Shown here in pieces: positions 57,431 through 64,000 of a DNA stretch of 64,000 bases (within the stretch, counting starts at the first letter, position 1; each line of letters starts with the position of its first letter). Under the pieces are notes generated by a model, which was not told where the DNA came from, ran no database searches, and saw only the letters and a program-made list of their open reading frames with translations. The position numbers and the translations under genes are program-made. The stretch is from the NCBI GenBank assembly GCA_964364265.1, contig CAYILA010000004.1, positions 9,126-73,125 on the forward strand, given 5' to 3'. Source of the stretch: an uncultured Candidatus Saccharibacteria bacterium (GTDB taxonomy: Bacteria > Patescibacteriota > UBA1384 > XYA2-FULL-43-10 > 1-14-0-10-43-13).

Positions 57431-60076
57431 TTATTTCGGCCACTTTGCGATCATAATCGATTCCGATAGTTTCGGATAAATCTGGCGCAAATCCTGCCAG
57501 ACAGCTTCGGTTACAAACGGCATGAATGGGTGAAGCATAATTAGAGTTTCTGAAAGAACTTTCATTAAGATTTTCTTCGTATTTGTGATCACCTCAATAG
57601 ATTCATTGTCATTCGGTTTTCGGTTTTCGGTTACGAGACCCGTTTCGGTTACGTCGGACGTTTTACGTGACCGCTCGACGATACGGACTTCGCCTGCCTC
57701 GCCGGTAGGCGGGTTACCGTTACCGCATGACGGTTGTAGCTGTGCCTTCGATGCTTCGATGTAAACATCGGCAAAGCTGTGCCAGAAGTACTCGTACAGC
57801 TTCTCACCCGCAAGCGAAAATTTATATTCATCGAGTAAGCGTGTTACTTCATTTTTGATCTCTTCATGCTCTTTCAAGATTGCTTTGTCGGCATCTGTCA
57901 ACCCGGGGACAGTCCCCGAGGGGGACAGTCCCCTTGCAATCCTTGATTCTCCAATGTCACCGCTCTGTAAGTCACCGTCTGAAACTCGCAGGATCACATA
58001 GCGCGAGGCGTTCCATATTTTATTCGAGAAATTTCGATATCCCTTGATTTTCGCCTCGCCAATGGGAATATCCTGGCCGGGCGTTGAGCCCACCACAAGT
58101 GCCATACGCATGGCGTCCGTACCGTATTTGGGTATTAAATCAAGAGGATCAAGGACATTGCCCAAAGATTTGCTCATCTTGCGGTTCTGCTCATCGCGCA
58201 CTAAACCATGGAGATAAACAGTCTCAAAGGGCGCTTTACCTGTAAATTCCAGTCCAAACATTATCATTCTAGCTACCCAGAAGAAGAGGATGTCGTAGCC
58301 GGTCTCCATCACACTCGTCGGATAGAAATATTGATAATCGCAATTAGTTATTCCCGACGCATAGGAGAATGGATGACTATTGCAATTTTCTTCGCTGTCA
58401 TCCTCGGGCTTGACCCGGGGATCTTTCGAAAGATTCCCGATCTGGTCGGGAATGACATCGCTGGACTGAGGCCAGCCAAGAGTTGAGAACGGCCAAAGAG
58501 CAGAGGAGAACCAGGTATCAAGCACATCCTCGTCCTGAACCCAGCCATCGCCTTCCGGCGGTTCAACGCCGACATAGATCTCGCTGTCGCTCGACAAATC
58601 CGAATCTCTAATATCTAAACCTACCTGTCCGGTAGGCAGGTCCGAAACAATTTTTGAATTTTCAAAATTCGAATTTCTAATTTCTTTAGGATTTAGGATT
58701 TCGGATTTCGGATTTCCTGCCTGTCTGTACCAAACCGGTATCTGATGTCCCCACCAGAGCTGACGCGAAACACACCAGTCGCGGATATTATCCATCCACT
58801 GGTAATACACTTTATCGAACCTGTTTGGAATTATTTTAATCTCACCGCTCTCAACCGCTTCTTTCGCCTTGTCGGCCAACGGCCGCATCTTTACAAACCA
58901 CTGTTTGGATGGAATCGGCTCAATCGATCCCCCACACCTATAACACTTGGATAAGTTATTCGTAATCTCCTGCTCCTTTTCAAGCAGTCCCTGGCTCTTC
59001 AAGTATTCAACCAATTTCTCGCGTGCCTCCGACACTTTTATACCGGTATATTTCCCGGCTTCATCCGTCATCTTGCCGTATTCATCAATAACTTTGATGA
59101 CAGGCAAACCGTTATCCTCGGCCATTTTCCAATCGGCGAATGAGTGCGCCGGCGTCAAACCGACCGCGCCTGTTCCGAATTCCTTATCTATCGATCGATT
59201 GGCGATAATTTTAATAGTCCTTTTGACTCCATCAATATCAACTTCATATGATTTACCCACAAATTCCTGATATCGCCGGTCATCCGGGTTTACGGCCACG
59301 CCGGTGTCGCCCAATTTTGTTTCGGGACGGGTGGTGGCGATGGTTACGGGAAAATTTTTATCGTATTTGAAGTAATATAATTTAGCGTTTTGTTCCTCGT
59401 ATTCCACCTCATCATCGGAAATTGCCGTCTGGCAACGCGAACACCAATTCACTACCCGCAACCCTCGATAGATGAGGCCTTTTTCGTATAGCTGGACGAA
59501 AGCTTCGCGCACGGCGCGGTTTAAGCCCTCATCCAATGTAAAGCGCTCTCTTGACCAATCGCAAGACGCTCCGAGGCGCTTTATCTGCTCGGTGATGATA
59601 CCTCCGTACCGCTCCTTCCACTCCCAAACTTTTTCGACAAATTTCTCCCGCCCAAGATCGTGCCTATTGATCCCCTGTTTCCGTAATTCTTTATCAACCA
59701 CTGTTTGAGTGGCAATACCGGCATGATCCGTGCCTGGCAGCCACAGAGTCGGCTCGCCTTTCAAACGATGATATCGAGTCAAAATATCTTCCAAGGTGAC
59801 AAACATGGCGTGACCCATATGCAATTTACCTGTAACATTCGGCGGCGGCATTGAAATCACAAAGGGCTTGCCGTCTTTGTCTCGATCATAGCTGAAGGAA
59901 CAACCACCAACCTTGTCATCCTCGGGCTTGACCCGGGGATCTTTTGCAACAAGATTCCCGCTTTCGCGGGAATGACAATAAGAAGTCTCCGGTTTAAAAT
60001 AACCTTTTTCTTCCCATTGTTTATAGAGTTCGGTTTCAAAATTTTGCGGTTCATATGCCTTTGGTATGTTTTTCAT
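57431..60076 (-). CDS. valS: Valyl-tRNA synthetase with three in-frame repeat-element insertions
   Basis: HIGH-class motif PPPNVTGKLHMGHA and KMSKS; PE-1 at 59914-59977 and 58405-58470; PE-2 with a nested GC palindrome at 58598-58716. Confidence 0.95.
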   Translation of the reverse strand: MKNIPKAYEPQNFETELYKQWEEKGYFKPETSYCHSRESGNLVAKDPRVKPEDDKVGGCSFSYDRDKDGKPFVISMPPPNVTGKLHMGHAMFVTLEDILTRYHRLKGEPTLWLPGTDHAGIATQTVVDKELRKQGINRHDLGREKFVEKVWEWKERYGGIITEQIKRLGASCDWSRERFTLDEGLNRAVREAFVQLYEKGLIYRGLRVVNWCSRCQTAISDDEVEYEEQNAKLYYFKYDKNFPVTIATTRPETKLGDTGVAVNPDDRRYQEFVGKSYEVDIDGVKRTIKIIANRSIDKEFGTGAVGLTPAHSFADWKMAEDNGLPVIKVIDEYGKMTDEAGKYTGIKVSEAREKLVEYLKSQGLLEKEQEITNNLSKCYRCGGSIEPIPSKQWFVKMRPLADKAKEAVESGEIKIIPNRFDKVYYQWMDNIRDWCVSRQLWWGHQIPVWYRQAGNPKSEILNPKEIRNSNFENSKIVSDLPTGQVGLDIRDSDLSSDSEIYVGVEPPEGDGWVQDEDVLDTWFSSALWPFSTLGWPQSSDVIPDQIGNLSKDPRVKPEDDSEENCNSHPFSYASGITNCDYQYFYPTSVMETGYDILFFWVARMIMFGLEFTGKAPFETVYLHGLVRDEQNRKMSKSLGNVLDPLDLIPKYGTDAMRMALVVGSTPGQDIPIGEAKIKGYRNFSNKIWNASRYVILRVSDGDLQSGDIGESRIARGLSPSGTVPGLTDADKAILKEHEEIKNEVTRLLDEYKFSLAGEKLYEYFWHSFADVYIEASKAQLQPSCGNGNPPTGEAGEVRIVERSRKTSDVTETGLVTENRKPNDNESIEVITNTKKILMKVLSETLIMLHPFMPFVTEAVWQDLRQIYPKLSESIMIAKWPK
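58598..58716. repeat. PE-2 element inside valS, in frame, with a nested GC palindrome
   Basis: Encodes NPKSEILNPKEIRNSNFENSKIVSDL then PTGQVG. Confidence 0.7.
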
Positions 60077-60178
60077 AAGATTAGTATTATGTATTATGTA
60101 TTATGTAAAACACTATCATATTAAATAATGATTTTCTATATCTTGCTTGATACTTACTACATTAATACTAAATACCGG

Positions 60179-61480
60179 CTAAAGCTCGGCGTTTGAATCA
60201 ATATTTATCTCGTTCCACTTGGCAATATCGTCTCTTTTGATATGGTAATAGGCCGCGATTCCAATCATGGCGGCATTGTCGCCGCAGAGGGAAAGCGGGG
60301 GAATCAAGAGTCTTTTTCCTGATTGTTTGAAAACCGCCTCATCAAGCGTTTTACGCAATTTCTCGTTTGCCGACACACCGCCGGCCAATACAAAGGTATT
60401 TGGCTTCAATTTATCATACGCCTTCATACTTTTAGACACCAGGACATCGACGACCGCGTCTTCAAAAGCGGCCGAGATCTCTTGTTTTTTATCCTCATCT
60501 AAATATTTTGAATCAATCACTTCCCGAAGCACCGCTGTTTTAAGACCGGAGAAGGAGAAATTAAAGTTGTTCTCCTTTAATAATGGCCGTGGGAAAATGA
60601 TTGTGCCTGAAATGTTTTTCTGTCTGAATATCATCGCTTTCTTAGATATTTTCGGTCCGCCCGGATAGCCCAATTTCAGCAGCTTTGCCACTTTATCAAA
60701 TGCCTCGCCGGCGGCATCATCAAGAGTTTCCCCGATTACTTGGTACTTTCCCTCACTTTTTGCGTATATCAAAGATGTATGTCCACCCGATACCACCAAT
60801 GCAAGTAGCGGATATTGATAATTTTCCATACATTCATATATTTGCCTTTCGACTTTTGCCTTTTGTCTTTCGGCACAAAGTGCCGAAAAGATGTGTCCCT
60901 CAATGTGATTTATCGGAATAACCGGTAAATCTTTCGCGTAGGCGAGTGACTTTGCCGCATTGAAACCGACTAATAATGATCCGATCAGCCCCGGACCGTT
61001 TGTTACAGCAATGTGGGTTAAATCACTAAATAAATCCATGGCAGACGGCTTACGGTTCACGGTAACGATGCCCGTATCGGTCGCCGTTATTCGTTTTCCG
61101 GCCTGCCTGTCGGCAGACATGGCCGTATACCGCTCACCGCTAGACGATACGGGTTTCGTAACCCTTAAACGATTACCGAGTTCCTGTGTTTCTCTGGCTG
61201 TTTCTAGGGCTTCTTGTATCACCGGCATTATTGCCTCCATATGAGCTCTGCTGGCCACTTCCGGTACAACCCCGCCGGTTTTGGCATGCAGATCGATTTG
61301 TGAGGATACTATGTTCGATAGAATAACCGGACGATTGCCTACCGACGACAGACTACCGCTTGATTTTCGTTCTTGTCCTGTTGTCTGTCGTCCGTCGACT
61401 GTTGTCTCTGTAATCACGGCCGCCGCCGTTTCATCGCAAGAACTTTCGATCGCAAGAATTTTTATTGTTTGTTCCTTCAT
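60179..61480 (-). CDS. tsaD: tRNA N6-adenosine threonylcarbamoyltransferase TsaD (Kae1/Gcp family) with low-complexity insertions
   Basis: ASKHD/ACTIN fold with metal-binding His pair (HIEGH); about 90 extra residues versus typical TsaD, including a palindrome-derived segment at 61090-61120. Confidence 0.9.
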   Translation of the reverse strand: MKEQTIKILAIESSCDETAAAVITETTVDGRQTTGQERKSSGSLSSVGNRPVILSNIVSSQIDLHAKTGGVVPEVASRAHMEAIMPVIQEALETARETQELGNRLRVTKPVSSSGERYTAMSADRQAGKRITATDTGIVTVNRKPSAMDLFSDLTHIAVTNGPGLIGSLLVGFNAAKSLAYAKDLPVIPINHIEGHIFSALCAERQKAKVERQIYECMENYQYPLLALVVSGGHTSLIYAKSEGKYQVIGETLDDAAGEAFDKVAKLLKLGYPGGPKISKKAMIFRQKNISGTIIFPRPLLKENNFNFSFSGLKTAVLREVIDSKYLDEDKKQEISAAFEDAVVDVLVSKSMKAYDKLKPNTFVLAGGVSANEKLRKTLDEAVFKQSGKRLLIPPLSLCGDNAAMIGIAAYYHIKRDDIAKWNEINIDSNAEL

Positions 61481-61532
61481 TCGTTAGGTGATACTACCAT
61501 TTTTTCTTGTTTTTCTCAAGCTCAACATATGC

Positions 61533-61650
61533 GATATATTGTTTTGTCATCCCGAGTGAAACGAAGTGTAACCGAGGGATCTTTGTATAGTAAACTCGAT
61601 TTATTTATAAGATTCCTCCGCTCTCGCGACACACCGGTCGGAATGACAAT
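61533..61650. repeat. PE-1 palindromic element
   Basis: gtcatcccgagtgaaacg ... gattcctccgctctcg ... ggtcggaatgacaat. Confidence 0.65.
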
Positions 61651-61662
61651 TCGGATATATCT

Positions 61663-62628
61663 GTGATAGAATATACCTACATGGAAAACATATTCCAATC
61701 CGATGAGTGGGCTGATTTTAAGTTGGCAACCGGATATCAGGAGAGCTTCCGGATCAATAGCATTTTAATATTAAAAAAAATCCTCCCGTTCGGCCGCTCG
61801 ATGCTCTACTCGCCGATGGTGTCCGGTTCGCAGGTTGCGGGACTTAGGGCGCAGACATTCATTGACCAAGTAAATTCTATCGTTTTGAAATCTAAATCAA
61901 TTTTTTTTCGTCTGGAGTTAGATGTGCCTAGCGACAATGAAGCAATTAAACAATTTAACAATTTGCGAAAGCCGGGCTTTCGCAAGGCATTTGAGGAAAT
62001 GCAGCCCGAAAACTCACTTGTAATTGACCTCGCAAAGACCGAAGAAGAGATTTTATCCGGTATGAAGCAAAAGGGTCGCTATAATATCAAAATCGCCCGG
62101 AACGCCGGCCTTCTTATTTCATCGGACAATAAGAAAGGGGAGATGCTTGACAATTTTTACTGGCTTTATACCGAGACCGCCAAACGGCAGAAGATCACCT
62201 TTAGAGCCAAGGCATATTTTGAAAAGCTACTTGATAATTTAGGTGGAAAGGATTATGCTCGCCTGTACAATGTTTACGCCAGAAATCCGGACGATGGGAA
62301 AGTCTTGTCAGCCGCAATCGTCGTCTATTCGGGGGAGAAAGCGATATATCTTTTCGGCGCTTCCTCCGACGAACACCGGAATCTGATGGCGCCATACCTG
62401 ATGCAATGGCAGATGATTAGAGACGCCAAAGAGAAGGGTTATAAAACATACGATTTCTTCGGGATTGCTCCCAACGACGACGAAAATCACCCTTGGGCCG
62501 GCATAACCAGATTCAAAAAGCAATTCGGAGGCGAAGAGATAAAGATTTTGGGCAGTTACGACCTTGTCTTTAAACCATTTGAGTACAAAGTGTTTAAAAT
62601 GGCTGAAAAACTTAGGAGAAAGAGCTAA
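61663..62628 (+). CDS. FemAB family peptidoglycan interpeptide-bridge aminoacyltransferase (likely start at the MEN Met near 61681)
   Basis: FemAB-type GNAT-like halves; in-frame caattaaacaatttaacaat repeat (DNEAIKQFNN). Confidence 0.7.
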   Translation: MIEYTYMENIFQSDEWADFKLATGYQESFRINSILILKKILPFGRSMLYSPMVSGSQVAGLRAQTFIDQVNSIVLKSKSIFFRLELDVPSDNEAIKQFNNLRKPGFRKAFEEMQPENSLVIDLAKTEEEILSGMKQKGRYNIKIARNAGLLISSDNKKGEMLDNFYWLYTETAKRQKITFRAKAYFEKLLDNLGGKDYARLYNVYARNPDDGKVLSAAIVVYSGEKAIYLFGASSDEHRNLMAPYLMQWQMIRDAKEKGYKTYDFFGIAPNDDENHPWAGITRFKKQFGGEEIKILGSYDLVFKPFEYKVFKMAEKLRRKS

Positions 62629-62666
62629 TTGCTCAATGGCTCGATTGCTCGATTGTTAGGATAACA

Positions 62667-64000
62667 ATGGAACAGTCGAACAATAGAACAATGGAGCTTA
62701 TGAAGCGTTTTTTATCCAACATTCTTCCCCAGTCTACAAAAAACAAGTATCACAAAGCCCAAGCCAAATGGGCTCGTATTAGGTATGGAAACCCGAGTCG
62801 CGACCTAACAATTATCGGCGTCACCGGCACCAAAGGCAAAACAACCGTCTGCTCGATGATCTCGGCAATTTTAGACGCCGCCGGGCTTCATAACGCCATG
62901 GAGACCACAATCTCCACCAAGATCGGCAACTTGGTTACTCCACACAGGGTCAAAGACAAGTGGGTGACCACCCCGCCGGCTTCGGTGATCAATAAATTCT
63001 TTAGGCAAGCACTCGACGCAGGTTGCAAGTATCTGATTATGGAAGTAACCTCACAAGCGATTGACCAATACCGCGTCTTCGGGATTGAATTTGATGTTTT
63101 GGTCTATACCAATCTTTCTCACGACCACCTTGACTACCACAAAACCAAGGAGAACTATCTTGCCGCCAAAATGAAAGTGTTTGAAGACAATCCGAACGCT
63201 ATATTCGTAATTAATCGTGACGACGCTCACTGGAATAAGTTTTACGATCTTCCAGCCAAGGAGAAATTTCTTTATTCGGTGAAGACCCCGATTGAGCACG
63301 GTGCAGTAGCCAGAAAGATATTGAAGACATCCGACACCGCTACCTTTACCGCCGCCTATGATGACGGTCAATTTGCCGGTCAAATCACAGTTGCCCTAAA
63401 CCTCCCGGGAGTGTTCAATGTTCAAAACGCTCTTTCCGCTTTCTGTGTCGGCCGTGCCTTGGCCATCGAACCGGAAATAATCAAGAAGGGACTGGAAAGT
63501 ATTGAAACAGTTACCGGCCGGATGGAATCAATCAGAGTCTCCCAAAAGCAGGATTTTACAGTCCTGGTTGACTACGCTCACAACCCGGATTCGCTCAAAA
63601 ATGTCTACGAAACGGTCCGCGAGAGCATCGACAAGACAGGCGGACGGATAATTGCCGTCTTGGGCGCTACCGGCCGCCGCGACCGGACAAAACGGCCGAT
63701 TATGGGTGCCTTGGCCGGTTGTTATGCCGATTATGTTATTTTTACGAATGAGGATCCTTACGATGAGGCACCCGAAGCTATTATGGAAGAGGTAGCCGAG
63801 GGTATTCACAGGGGAAGCAAAAAGCATCAATGGTACCTAAACCGCAATTATTGGAAGGTACTTGACAGAGGCCAGGCGATTCACAAGGCGATTAAAGAGG
63901 CAAAGAAGAATGATGTCGTCATTATAACCGGCAAGGGTGCTGAAGAGGTGATGGCTGTCGGCCGTGACAAGTTTGTGCCTTTTTCCGACCGCAAGATCGC
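62667..64000 (+). CDS. Mur ligase family (MurE/MurF-like UDP-MurNAc-peptide ligase), 3'-truncated by the window end
   Basis: Translated by hand: IGVTGTKGKTT P-loop and DYAHNPDS motif; absent from the ORF track only because there is no stop before position 64000. Confidence 0.75.
   Translation, partial: MEQSNNRTMELMKRFLSNILPQSTKNKYHKAQAKWARIRYGNPSRDLTIIGVTGTKGKTTVCSMISAILDAAGLHNAMETTISTKIGNLVTPHRVKDKWVTTPPASVINKFFRQALDAGCKYLIMEVTSQAIDQYRVFGIEFDVLVYTNLSHDHLDYHKTKENYLAAKMKVFEDNPNAIFVINRDDAHWNKFYDLPAKEKFLYSVKTPIEHGAVARKILKTSDTATFTAAYDDGQFAGQITVALNLPGVFNVQNALSAFCVGRALAIEPEIIKKGLESIETVTGRMESIRVSQKQDFTVLVDYAHNPDSLKNVYETVRESIDKTGGRIIAVLGATGRRDRTKRPIMGALAGCYADYVIFTNEDPYDEAPEAIMEEVAEGIHRGSKKHQWYLNRNYWKVLDRGQAIHKAIKEAKKNDVVIITGKGAEEVMAVGRDKFVPFSDRKI

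Noticed and set aside
63051-63830. Minus-strand ORFs 63051-63383 and 63528-63830
   Set aside because: They are antisense to the Mur ligase CDS, which runs to the window end with P-loop and DYAHNPDS motifs.

Overview
64 kb at about 47% GC, coding-dense, both strands used. Reading the six-frame track and the DNA directly, the backbone is housekeeping: recA, a RodZ-like gene, ftsK, RNase J, rpsO-pnp, nrnA, rpsT, lepB, holA, Pol I as two separate ORFs (5'-nuclease and polymerase), dnaB, dnaX, a type IV pilus block (HU-PilB, pilC, pilM, pilN, pilO, then a convergent CheY-like regulator and a PilX-like minor pilin), a DJ-1 family gene, a tRNA-Glu/Gln cluster, gmk, a GT4 glycosyltransferase, gltX, YraN, a NYN-domain gene, rplS, rpmA, a THUMP-type methyltransferase, dnaE, ndk, an M16 peptidase, tRNA-Arg and tRNA-Ser, gdh, trxA, mnmA, a histidine kinase, valS, tsaD, a FemAB-family gene and a Mur ligase truncated at the window end. 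The gene content (type IV pilus genes, FemAB, many lineage-specific insertions and extensions in conserved enzymes, a split polA without a proofreading domain) suggests a small-genome Patescibacteria/CPR-like bacterium; this is inference only. The most unusual thing I can see directly in the sequence is at least eight families of short palindromic or tandem repeats. They sit in intergenic regions and also inside essential genes (valS, dnaE, mnmA, gdh, tsaD, polA, dnaX, the methyltransferase), inserted in frame so that unrelated proteins share identical repeat-encoded peptides. The same families nest inside each other and have inserted into a tRNA-Gln copy. Other accessory features: a DUF559 endonuclease-like gene carried inside a hairpin-bounded element whose empty site is also in the window; a four-helix-bundle gene flanked by perfect 16-bp direct repeats; a GIY-YIG gene inserted at tRNA-Ser next to a diverged copy of the tRNA 5' half, followed by a small island (a two-gene unknown cassette under a strong leaderless promoter, a RhuM-Fic fusion, a GC-rich small ORF); an HU-domain-PilB fusion; and a 780-bp gene-free, highly structured region that may hold an unidentified ncRNA. 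No CRISPR array or rRNA is present.
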